In this document: piece after piece, positions 46,100 through 54,710 of the stretch
How positions within the stretch are numbered: the stretch's first letter is position 1
Layout: every line of letters starts with the position of its first letter
From: a virus
Strand: one strand, 5' to 3'
Virus record (IMG/VR): IMGVR_UViG_3300009164_000039
Length of the DNA stretch: 64,000 nt
Made by a program: the position numbers and the translations under genes
Notes under the pieces: model-generated
Seen by the model: only the letters and a program-made list of their open reading frames with translations
What the model was told of the DNA's origin: nothing
The model's database searches: none

Positions 46100-47077
46100 G
46101 TCATTATACCATGCCCACGCACTTTTTACAATGGTCTTCAAGTCCGAATGTTCAGGACTCCAACCAAGCATGGTCCTGGCTTTGACTGTGCCTGCTACCA
46201 ATCGATCTGGATCTCCAGATCTACGTGGGCCAGCAACTACTTCAACTGGTCCAACGAATTCTTGTACTGCGGTGATAATTTCTTGATTGCTGTAACCTTG
46301 ACCACTGCCAAGGTTTACTGTGTAATGAGTACCGGCATGAGCATTATCAAAACTCATGCAGTATTGAATGGCCATCATGTGTGCTCGAGCCAGGTCATCC
46401 ACATGCACATAGTCACGCACACAGGTACCGTCTGGTGTGTTGTAGTCTGTGCCGTTTAAGATAAACTTCCAGTCTTGCTGTACAGATTCCAACAGTCGTG
46501 CAATGATATGCGTGGCCTCTGCTTGTTGTCCTAGTTCGGCACCTTGTGTGTCTGCACCGCAGGCATTGAAGTAACGTAAACTAACAGCAGTTATATCATA
46601 GGCACGGCAGTAGTCTGTCAACACCTGCTCAATCATTGCTTTGCTTTGCCCATAAGGACTGATAGGTGCCACGGGTTGACTCTCATAGATAACATCTACG
46701 TTGGGTGCGCCATACACTGCGGCTGAACTAGAGAACACCACGCTGGGACGATTGGGCAAGGTCCTAAGCACATCCAAGAACATGATGGTCTTGCCCACAT
46801 TGTTGATATAGTATTCGCTGGGATCAGCGATACTGGGACCAACAAGACTGGTACCGGCACAATGCACAACAGATGCAATACCTGCATGTTCGGCCAGGAA
46901 CTGCACACACTCAATGCTCATGTAGTCTGCTTGGATAAACTGGTCCATGTGCTTGAGAGTGTGTTCTCTACGCACACGGTCCACACCTACCACTGCATAT
47001 CCTGCATGTTTAAGATACTTGCACACGTGGCTACCAATGTAGCCTGTTGCGCCAGTTACCAGTATGGCCTGTGTCAT
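46097..47077 (-). CDS. galE: UDP-glucose 4-epimerase-like SDR
   Basis: TGATGYIGSH, SSSAAVYG, YGQSK, LRYFNACG, DGTCVRDYVHV, RRSGDP. Confidence 0.9.
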   Translation of the reverse strand: MTQAILVTGATGYIGSHVCKYLKHAGYAVVGVDRVRREHTLKHMDQFIQADYMSIECVQFLAEHAGIASVVHCAGTSLVGPSIADPSEYYINNVGKTIMFLDVLRTLPNRPSVVFSSSAAVYGAPNVDVIYESQPVAPISPYGQSKAMIEQVLTDYCRAYDITAVSLRYFNACGADTQGAELGQQAEATHIIARLLESVQQDWKFILNGTDYNTPDGTCVRDYVHVDDLARAHMMAIQYCMSFDNAHAGTHYTVNLGSGQGYSNQEIITAVQEFVGPVEVVAGPRRSGDPDRLVAGTVKARTMLGWSPEHSDLKTIVKSAWAWYND

Positions 47078-48012
47078 TCTGTCTCGTCAGGGTCATGTGC
47101 AATACCCTGCCATTCTTTGATTTTAAGTTCGTCTGCTGTGTCAAAGTCTACTTCTTCGGTCCATGCACTGACCCAACGACTGCCAGTCCACTTGCCTTGA
47201 TGTTCCCAGTTTTTCTTACCAGCTGTTTTGATCATGTACACACCTTCGCGGACTGGCTTGATCTTTTTAGGAAACCATTCAGTCATGGTGTATTTGATAT
47301 CATCCATGTTGGTATACTTTTCCCATGTGTTGCTATCTTTCACTAGATAGAACCCAAAGTCTGAACTCTTGCCGTCAGTGTTGCCACCGTTGTTGTCAAT
47401 GCTTTCGCCGTCGTACTCAATGCCAGTGACCAGTTCTTCACCGTCGATTTCATCGTAGTTCAACATTACTTTGGTAATGTCAAACGGTTGCTTGAGTTCA
47501 ATCTCACCTTCAAAGAACGTGCCTTTTTCATTACTACGTCCAATGAATACCACAGTGCCTTCAGGTTTCATTCCAATCCATACTTCGTCACCTGAGCTCC
47601 ATTCTGCACTGTCGTCGCTGTAGCCATCAATGCCTTCTAGGCCTCGTTCGTACACAGTGTCACCGTTTTCGTCACTGACTTGCAGTGTGCCTGCGTTGCG
47701 ACTAGTGCCATGTGCATGTGCCATGTCATCACAGTCATACCATGATCCAGGAGTGAATGGCCACATTTCTTCTGGGATATCGTTGTCTTCTGCATAGTCA
47801 CTGTCCCACGCAAAGTCGCTTACATCTAGCCTACGACTTTTGAAATAGTCAAAGATCTTGCGATCCACAGTGCCCATGATAACTTCTCCGCCATACCCCC
47901 ACATTTGTATAGTGTAGGTACGTGGTGTAAACTTTAACAGTTCAATGAGTGCTTCGTGTTCGGGGTTAACAGGTTGTTCAACCGCCCCAAGGGATGTCTT
48001 CTTCTTTACCAT
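47074..48012 (-). CDS. Hypothetical acidic protein
   Basis: 312-aa Asp/Glu-rich ORF. Confidence 0.75.
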   Translation of the reverse strand: MVKKKTSLGAVEQPVNPEHEALIELLKFTPRTYTIQMWGYGGEVIMGTVDRKIFDYFKSRRLDVSDFAWDSDYAEDNDIPEEMWPFTPGSWYDCDDMAHAHGTSRNAGTLQVSDENGDTVYERGLEGIDGYSDDSAEWSSGDEVWIGMKPEGTVVFIGRSNEKGTFFEGEIELKQPFDITKVMLNYDEIDGEELVTGIEYDGESIDNNGGNTDGKSSDFGFYLVKDSNTWEKYTNMDDIKYTMTEWFPKKIKPVREGVYMIKTAGKKNWEHQGKWTGSRWVSAWTEEVDFDTADELKIKEWQGIAHDPDETE

Positions 48013-48235
48013 GATAGTCCTTCTTAAGTGCTGATACTAGTTTACATTGTTCGTAGAGTTTTGTCAAGTCCACAGCGCCACCAACGCCATCTTGAGCATA
48101 GTAGTTCATGCCAACTGCCCAGGAACCCACAGTGTTTTGGTAAAGGTGAATGGCATAGTCTGAACTAACTTTCTTCCACCAAAGCTCTTCGGTGAGCATG
48201 CGATGCCACAGTGCAAAATCAAAACTTTGACTCAT
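47978..48235 (-). CDS. Hypothetical protein
   Basis: ORF in operon. Confidence 0.5.
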   Translation of the reverse strand: MSQSFDFALWHRMLTEELWWKKVSSDYAIHLYQNTVGSWAVGMNYYAQDGVGGAVDLTKLYEQCKLVSALKKDYHGKEEDIPWGG

Positions 48236-49409
48236 GTGTGTGCTTACGATAGTCGGTGCTCATACGCAACCACTGCTCGCCTTTGCCTTCAAGAATGTCC
48301 ACCACACGATCAACTGTGCCATTGGTCCAGTCACTGATCTTGCCCATGTTGTTATGTGGCTTGCGAATCAACTTTTCCAACTTGGTAATAGCATCCTCTA
48401 GGCTCCAAGGAATGTAGAGCCTGGTGTGGTCATTACTAAAACTTTCAGGAAAACTACGGTAAGCAGGATAGAGAACATTACAGCCCAAAGTATCTGCTTC
48501 ACTGACAGTGTTAGACACCCAGTCTTGTAACGCACAATTAAAAAGCACACGAGTATCATTAACGAGAGCATAGTAATCGTTCTTTTCTAGATCTTCATAG
48601 ATTGTGAGCAAGCCACGTGCTTCAAGATCTCTTGTACGAGCCATGTAGCTGTCGTTGTTGCTCTTTAGCTTGGCACCACTGAACAGTGCAAACTCCAGAC
48701 GTTCACCTGGATGACGCTCTGCCCACAGTTCAATCAAGTCCATGTAGAAGTCTGGTTGTTTCTCTTGATCCCAACGTGCGGCAAAACCCACACGAAATGC
48801 TCGCTGATCAAATGGCTTTAGGTCACCGGGCACACGCTCACGCACTTCATCTTTGCCAAATGCCAAGCCACTGATGTTATAGATAGGAGCAGTCCAACCA
48901 GCTACCTTCATGTGCATGACCATCTCTTCATTGGTGGCAAGAACAGCACCACCAGAGATTGTGACAATGTCATTGACCATGCGCTCATAGTCCATCATCC
49001 ACTTGCCCATGCCCCACACATGCACAAAGTCATCTGGATCAATTGCCTGTGCCAAACAACGTACATAGATTCGAGGACGCAGTTCAGCAGGAACTTGATT
49101 GATGATATAGCCAAGACTTTCAAAGCCTGGTTGGAACATGTCTTCAAAGTAGATAACATCATCTGCGGTTACTTCACCTTGTTGCATCATACGAACCAAG
49201 TTCATCATCTGACTCATACCAAAGTAACTGCGACCGTGTGCATCCAGCACCTGACCCACAACAATCTGCTGACTGTTGTCTAGGGTCAAACCCGGCACAT
49301 AGCTAACTTCTACGCCACGTTTCTCAAACACACGCTTGTTCCACTCTGTCAGTTGCAGAGTATAACGAGCCTTGTAAGACTCCAAGCCCATGTAGTAGAG
49401 TTTACGCAT
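48219..49409 (-). CDS. GT-B fold glycosyltransferase (GT4-like)
   Basis: GFAARWDQEKQP, FNCALQDWVSNTVSEA..GC..LYP donor-binding pattern. Confidence 0.75.
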   Translation of the reverse strand: MRKLYYMGLESYKARYTLQLTEWNKRVFEKRGVEVSYVPGLTLDNSQQIVVGQVLDAHGRSYFGMSQMMNLVRMMQQGEVTADDVIYFEDMFQPGFESLGYIINQVPAELRPRIYVRCLAQAIDPDDFVHVWGMGKWMMDYERMVNDIVTISGGAVLATNEEMVMHMKVAGWTAPIYNISGLAFGKDEVRERVPGDLKPFDQRAFRVGFAARWDQEKQPDFYMDLIELWAERHPGERLEFALFSGAKLKSNNDSYMARTRDLEARGLLTIYEDLEKNDYYALVNDTRVLFNCALQDWVSNTVSEADTLGCNVLYPAYRSFPESFSNDHTRLYIPWSLEDAITKLEKLIRKPHNNMGKISDWTNGTVDRVVDILEGKGEQWLRMSTDYRKHTHESKF

Positions 49410-49683
49410 TGCGGCCACCAGCATAACGTGGGTTACGTGGTTTCCACTCCTTGCGTTCAAACTTGGGCTTGGTACCGTCACGCCATTGATCACGTGCCCA
49501 CTTGCCGCGCTCTAATCTCAAGAACTCGCCGTATGCCACAGCTCGCTCGTTGTAGAGATCCTTCTCATCGTAGACATATCCGTAGTCTACACAAAATGTA
49601 CGAAAACGCTCTAGGTCTTCGTAGATTTTATTAACCTCTGGCTTCATGGTGAGGTATTTAATAAGCCATTTAGGCTGGGCCAT
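49402..49683 (-). CDS. Hypothetical protein
   Basis: AGGAG SD; ORF in operon. Confidence 0.7.
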   Translation of the reverse strand: MAQPKWLIKYLTMKPEVNKIYEDLERFRTFCVDYGYVYDEKDLYNERAVAYGEFLRLERGKWARDQWRDGTKPKFERKEWKPRNPRYAGGRNA

Positions 49684-49695
49684 CTTGATGTCTCC

Positions 49696-50136
49696 TTAGA
49701 CAGGGTGATAAAAGGTTGATTCGGGGGTGCGGGGATCGCGATAAGTGATAGCACAGCCATTCTCGCCGTCTTCGCTTACTTCGATAATAACATGTCTACC
49801 TGGGTAGCGCAAGTTAATTTGAATATACAAGTCATCTGCAATCATCTCGCATGACTTGTAGTCTAGTGCAAGAGTACCTTTGGCATAAAGGCTTTCGCAC
49901 CAGCGTTTGAAAAGAATAAATTCAATATCGCGATCATTGTGGAACACAGATATTGCTACTCTAAAATGGAAAATGTGTCTATGTGGATGACCAAGGAATG
50001 CAACGTCTGCTAGCAATGGGTCAGTAAGTGCCGCAGGATACTTGTGGATACCTTCTTTTTGCCAAGTGACCCAAACCAGTCGTTCAGCTACTTCTCGGTT
50101 GATATCTGTTTGTGTTCTGTCAATTTGAGTTGTCAT
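49696..50136 (-). CDS. dpdL: QueD-like T-fold protein, probable DpdL (predicted CDG decarboxylase)
   Basis: LGHPHRHIF fits the LxxxHRHxF signature recalled for DpdL; KEGIH, DRDIEFI, SCEMIA, VSEDGENG; lacks the QueD Cys. Confidence 0.65.
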   Translation of the reverse strand: MTTQIDRTQTDINREVAERLVWVTWQKEGIHKYPAALTDPLLADVAFLGHPHRHIFHFRVAISVFHNDRDIEFILFKRWCESLYAKGTLALDYKSCEMIADDLYIQINLRYPGRHVIIEVSEDGENGCAITYRDPRTPESTFYHPV

Positions 50137-50648
50137 GTAATAATCTCGTCTTGTGTGTATTTAGACCAGTCAGTGAACACGCTACGATTTTGTAGATCAT
50201 GTAAGCTGTGACACCATACACCTGGGTTAGTTGCTTCAAAGTCTTTGTCGTCAATCTTGATAGTGGTGTTGTAGTTGTATAGTTTAGCGTAAGGTAATTT
50301 TACACTAATCATTGGAATAAAGCGATCGTGATCCACAAGAGATCCTTCCAAAAGGCCTTCTGCTGAACAAACGTCCACGTCCAGAGTACACCATGCACCG
50401 TGCATCAAGCACACGCCAATCATTGTTTCCCACTCGGTCCATACTCCGCTATCGTTGATGCCCGGATTAGGAAAACTTTGATTGGCACCAAAGTAGATAT
50501 GATCACAGTTGTTCTTTTGCGCCAGGCCCACAACCCGTGTGGGATCTTGTACACCAACTACAAACAGTGTGCGCTTGCCAAATGCAGGTGAGTGTTCCAC
50601 TTCTGTGCCAATAAAGAAGTTTGCATCTTCGTGCCCAGGTCTAATCAT
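50133..50648 (-). CDS. Hypothetical protein between dpdA and dpdL
   Basis: EVEHSPAFG..LFVVG..HIYFGANQSF; overlaps both neighbours. Confidence 0.75.
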   Translation of the reverse strand: MIRPGHEDANFFIGTEVEHSPAFGKRTLFVVGVQDPTRVVGLAQKNNCDHIYFGANQSFPNPGINDSGVWTEWETMIGVCLMHGAWCTLDVDVCSAEGLLEGSLVDHDRFIPMISVKLPYAKLYNYNTTIKIDDKDFEATNPGVWCHSLHDLQNRSVFTDWSKYTQDEIIT

Positions 50649-50829
50649 TTGTTTCTTTCTCTGACTGTTCGCGGAGTTCGCGTAGTTGGTCTTTCAATTG
50701 TAACTTCTGTTTCTTGATTTCCGCAACCTTGATTTCGTCCACATGAGGATGTTTTTGCATCTTACCCAGTTGTTTTTCCAAAAGATGGTGAGAATGCTCT
50801 AAAAATGCAATACGTTCTGCATGAGTCAT
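50641..50829 (-). CDS. DUF465/YdcH-like coiled-coil protein
   Basis: LEHSHHLLEKQL..IKKQKLQLKDQL. Confidence 0.6.
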   Translation of the reverse strand: MTHAERIAFLEHSHHLLEKQLGKMQKHPHVDEIKVAEIKKQKLQLKDQLRELREQSEKETND

Positions 50830-50840
50830 AGTTGGATCCT

Positions 50841-52430
50841 TTATTCAAATAAGTTGGTGTCTAGTACTACTACCGGTTTTTCTTTTTTCTCTTTGGGAGC
50901 ATCAGGAGTTGCAACAATTTCAAGATGCTTGTTTGCCTGGCTGTGTGCGTTCATGGTCTTCTCGCCTTTGAATCCACGTGTGCCAACAATTTGATTCCAG
51001 TAGCCAGTTTTACCTGCGTACTTGGGATCTTCAATTATGGCCATTGCACTAGCACGATCTGGCGCGGCAAAGATACGTTCCACAATGTCTTCAAAAAACT
51101 CATAGTCACCACCATCATGTCGCATCATGGCAGGATGTGCGCCAGAGTCAAACTCACGATTGGCACGTTGTACTGCTTCGATGTGCATCCAAACATTATG
51201 ACCCATGAGCAGTGCATATGAGAAACTATCCCACGATGTCTTGCCTTCTTTGCCAATCTTGTTTAGGTCACCAGGCTTGTACACACAGATGTCTTTGATC
51301 TGTAGATGCTTGCTTACAGGACTTTCATCAAAGTGGTCCCAGTAGCCGTCCTGCATGGTAACATCTCTGTAGCTTCGCGTGTCCAGGGAATACTTCTTGT
51401 CGTCTGCACTGGGACTCATACGATAGCACCACTTGTCATCATGTGGCAAGTCAATGTGATGATACACTTGTCCGTTTGCTGTGGCCAAGAAAGGACTTGC
51501 ACAGTCAAAGCTGATGGTAAAGTTGGGATTCACGTGCTTGCGAACAGCACGTTGAATAACAGTCAGCAACACTGCCCACTCTAGTTTGCTTGTGCCCAAG
51601 AAGTGCATCCAGTCGTGAATGCCTGGTTGCAACAAGTTATCGTAACGCAACGCCACCAATCTAGTCAGCACCAGTTGCACGTCACACATGTTTTGTCCAC
51701 CCATCGACCACCCATCAAAGTGTGTGTCTGGATACTTCACAGGATCACAATAATCTTTCATGATCTGATACCAAGCTTCTGCACTCTCATGATTGTCACC
51801 TTGCAACACGTTCAAGATCTTGGTGCCACCATTCTTAACACCCTTGCGGTGTTTCATGAAGTATTCGTTGTTGTACTTGGTAGCCGCAACTGCTTCAGGT
51901 AGTGTGGTAATTTGACAGGCACGGCTGGCTTTTTTGTCATGGATAACCCAGGTTGGGATATCTAGTGTCATAGAGTAGTCTGCAATACCGTCCAACCATT
52001 TGAGAATAGATTCACGCTTCTTCTGTGCTTTAGGGCATCCTGAATTGGCTTTCCAGTCGCCTTCCCACAAGCCCTTGGCAATCTGGAATCCACCAGAGTC
52101 ACCCAGCATGAACGTACCCGGCTCACGGTTACGAACCATGTCTTCCGACCAGTCTTGTTTGGTCAAGTCCAAGTTGGCATGCCCACCTGAATACAAACTC
52201 CACTTGTACGGAAACATACTTTGGGCACTGTTGAGCCAATTCATCTGCTCCATGTCTGGTATGCCTGCGGGCATACGTGCAGGTTCCACATACGGACCTT
52301 TTACTGGATCACGTTGTTTGCCTATGTAAGTGGCATAGAACCCTGAGATGGCTGGCAAAAACACAGCATAGTCTTTTTGCTTGGCTGTGAGATTGTCTTG
52401 CTCAAGGTCCACTTTGGACTCCTGTGTCAT
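50841..52430 (-). CDS. dpdA: TGT-family transglycosylase, probable DpdA (inserts 7-deazaguanine base into DNA)
   Basis: MLGDSGGFQ, MTLDIP, LNVLQG, GWSMGG, MHFLG, ISFDCASP; no evident Zn-binding tetrad; context with folE/queD/queE. Confidence 0.75.
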   Translation of the reverse strand: MTQESKVDLEQDNLTAKQKDYAVFLPAISGFYATYIGKQRDPVKGPYVEPARMPAGIPDMEQMNWLNSAQSMFPYKWSLYSGGHANLDLTKQDWSEDMVRNREPGTFMLGDSGGFQIAKGLWEGDWKANSGCPKAQKKRESILKWLDGIADYSMTLDIPTWVIHDKKASRACQITTLPEAVAATKYNNEYFMKHRKGVKNGGTKILNVLQGDNHESAEAWYQIMKDYCDPVKYPDTHFDGWSMGGQNMCDVQLVLTRLVALRYDNLLQPGIHDWMHFLGTSKLEWAVLLTVIQRAVRKHVNPNFTISFDCASPFLATANGQVYHHIDLPHDDKWCYRMSPSADDKKYSLDTRSYRDVTMQDGYWDHFDESPVSKHLQIKDICVYKPGDLNKIGKEGKTSWDSFSYALLMGHNVWMHIEAVQRANREFDSGAHPAMMRHDGGDYEFFEDIVERIFAAPDRASAMAIIEDPKYAGKTGYWNQIVGTRGFKGEKTMNAHSQANKHLEIVATPDAPKEKKEKPVVVLDTNLFE

Positions 52431-52767
52431 GTTTTTCTTCTTCCATTGTTAGTGCGTCCATGATCTGAAACTGCTCCCAGGCTTGTTTAAGCCCAGGATG
52501 TTTCTTCATACGTTTGTGTAGATCTTGTTCTTCCGCCATCTTGTGCCTGACCCATTTGATAGCTTCCTCGGCAGTGGGTTCTAATCCAACAGTGGCATAA
52601 CTAGTGTTCATACCAATCCACGAGCTGCCGTCAAATACTTGCATGTCTGTTCCATTAACACGAATCATACCTTGCATGGGATTGTTTATGTTTTGGGTAA
52701 CATACGGAACACTGGTATTGCCACCGTTGACTATCACATGGGCAGAGCCTTGAAGACCTTTGATCAT
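52402..52767 (-). CDS. Hypothetical protein
   Basis: ORF in operon. Confidence 0.7.
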   Translation of the reverse strand: MIKGLQGSAHVIVNGGNTSVPYVTQNINNPMQGMIRVNGTDMQVFDGSSWIGMNTSYATVGLEPTAEEAIKWVRHKMAEEQDLHKRMKKHPGLKQAWEQFQIMDALTMEEEKHDTGVQSGP

Positions 52768-52970
52768 TTTATTTTCTTGAGATACTCACGGCCAACAAGG
52801 CCTTTTTCAACTTCCATTTGCGCTGTAGCGGTAGGACCGCCTGCGTCTGTTACTTTGGCTCTATGCCCAGCTTTGAGTTCTCGAACACGCTTTGACATGA
52901 TTAAAACCAAATCAAAGCGGTTGCCAACTTGTGCGACTGCGTCTTCTGATGTGTTGCGGCTGTTGGACAT
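52764..52970 (-). CDS. rpoZ: RNA polymerase omega subunit homolog
   Basis: [26 protein letters not shown] closely matches RpoZ [26 protein letters not shown]. Confidence 0.85.
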   Translation of the reverse strand: [68 protein letters not shown]

Positions 52971-52973
52971 TGA

Positions 52974-53705
52974 TTACTTGCTCTGTGCGGGCAAAATGTA
53001 ATCATATGTAGCAATGCCGGAATCAACTTTGATCATTGCGGCACCTTCGTCGCTAAACTTCAGTTCCTTGTCGCCGGGCAGGCTCAGGATAGCAATCACT
53101 GCACCCACTGGCCAGTTCCATGCTTTGTTCAATGTACCTGTAACACCGTCTTGGAACACAAAGTTACCTGCGTGGCTGCTGTGATCACCAAAGAAGAACT
53201 TTAGCTTGTCGCCTTCTACTTTGGCAATAAATGTAGTTTCTTCTGAGTTGGCGCTGGCTTGAAACTTCATCTTTAGAATGCTGGGTACCATTGGCACAAC
53301 TTCCACATTCCACTTGACGCCTTTGAACTTCACGCTCTTGAGCTTGTCGTTGATCACTTCGCTGGTCATAAAGCGATAGTCGTTCTTGAAGTCTCCGCCT
53401 TTGTTTTCAAAGTGAATGCCAACAGGAACAGTAACACCATTCTTGTCTTGTGTGGTAATGCTTAGTTTAGCATCTTCCTTGTATTCCGGAATGTTCAGAA
53501 TAGTGTTTAGCTTGCCCAAGTTGGGCATACCAAACGTACCAACAAACTCCGGAACTGGATTCTTGAGTTTGGCTTTTACAATCACACTGCGGTCTTCTGC
53601 AATGGCATCAATTTCTGTGCCGTTTGCATCGCCTGTGATTTTAACCAGATCAATGATGCCTAGTCCATGTGTGTGTTGCACGATATCTAGTAAGTAGTCT
53701 TTCAT
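52974..53705 (-). CDS. DNA polymerase sliding clamp (gp45-like)
   Basis: 243 aa next to polB; FGMPNLGKL, NDYRFM, YDYILPA; AGGAG SD. Confidence 0.7.
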   Translation of the reverse strand: MKDYLLDIVQHTHGLGIIDLVKITGDANGTEIDAIAEDRSVIVKAKLKNPVPEFVGTFGMPNLGKLNTILNIPEYKEDAKLSITTQDKNGVTVPVGIHFENKGGDFKNDYRFMTSEVINDKLKSVKFKGVKWNVEVVPMVPSILKMKFQASANSEETTFIAKVEGDKLKFFFGDHSSHAGNFVFQDGVTGTLNKAWNWPVGAVIAILSLPGDKELKFSDEGAAMIKVDSGIATYDYILPAQSK

Positions 53706-53727
53706 AGTTTCTCCTGTAATGATTAGT

Positions 53728-53756
53728 AGTATAGATGATTTATTTAGACCTGTCAA
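53728..53756 (-). promoter_or_regulatory. Sigma70-type promoter TTGACA-N17-TATACT with TAAATA inside the spacer
   Basis: Boxes read directly; possible dual early/late promoter. Confidence 0.75.
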
Positions 53757-54708
53757 CAGGTTTCTTGTCTTTTATTAGCCCACGTTCATGAGATTCCACC
53801 CGACAGTCAATGCCACCGGCCTTCTTTAGGATAGCCCAATGATAATGTTGATCCGATCCAAACTCATGAACTTGCAAAGCATTTTTACTAGCAATGTCTC
53901 GTATGATCTTTGGTGTCATATAGGTAGTCTTACCACGGTCAAGCCATTCGGCATTGACTGGATCGTGTGCATTGTTGTACGAGAACATGAACTTTCCACC
54001 TTGTCGTAACAGTAGCGATGCTTGATTGATCCATTCATGCGCAACTGCCTTTGACAGATAGTTAAACAAGTTCCATGAAAATATAAATCCAAATTTATCA
54101 GACGGTAGTATAGAATGCAGTCCTATTTCGTTGTCTTCGCTGCCAACACAGTACATACGCAGTTTGTGCTGGTAGGGTTCCGGAAACATAGCACGAGTTT
54201 CATCCAGCGCCTGTTGATAAAAATGCACACCATAAAATATATTGCCAGTGGTGGCAACTGTGTGTACAAACTGAAAGTGATCTGGGCTTGGCCCCAGGCA
54301 TAGCATGGGAACAAAAGGTGGGGTGTTGTTGATTATACTGCGTTTGACCAAAAACAGTTCGCTAAGATCAACAGGCACTACTCTGCTTTCTTTGTAAAAA
54401 GCATAGTTACATCTCATGCGATCTTCCCAGTAGCGTCGACTGATTAGATTTTCTGCACTGGCAGTGGCATCCATTTGATCTTCGATTTTGCTGAGTGCGG
54501 CTTCAAGCAACTTGTAACTTTTAATCACAGTGTTATTAACACTTTGATAGTCGTCAAGTAAAGTTTCTTTAAGGCCGTCAAGCTCTACAGGACGCTTGGA
54601 AAAATCCAATTCAGTTAGTCGGTCTAGATACTGAGCAGGAAGATGACCTGGGTGATCTTCTAATGCTCGTATTAGCCCAAGACGCATTTGTGCTAGACTC
54701 TGAAACAC
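53740..54708 (-). CDS. Class I SAM-dependent methyltransferase-like protein
   Basis: FGFIFSWNLFNYL..LLRQGGKFMFSY; motif I degenerate (LGPSPD). Confidence 0.5.
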   Translation of the reverse strand: MFQSLAQMRLGLIRALEDHPGHLPAQYLDRLTELDFSKRPVELDGLKETLLDDYQSVNNTVIKSYKLLEAALSKIEDQMDATASAENLISRRYWEDRMRCNYAFYKESRVVPVDLSELFLVKRSIINNTPPFVPMLCLGPSPDHFQFVHTVATTGNIFYGVHFYQQALDETRAMFPEPYQHKLRMYCVGSEDNEIGLHSILPSDKFGFIFSWNLFNYLSKAVAHEWINQASLLLRQGGKFMFSYNNAHDPVNAEWLDRGKTTYMTPKIIRDIASKNALQVHEFGSDQHYHWAILKKAGGIDCRVESHERGLIKDKKPVDRSK

Positions 54709-54710
54709 AG

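Noticed and set aside
38615-52430. Queuosine tRNA-modification operon
   Set aside because: No queC, queF or queA in window; TGT-like protein is long, lacks the Zn tetrad and sits with dpdL-like gene, favouring DNA modification
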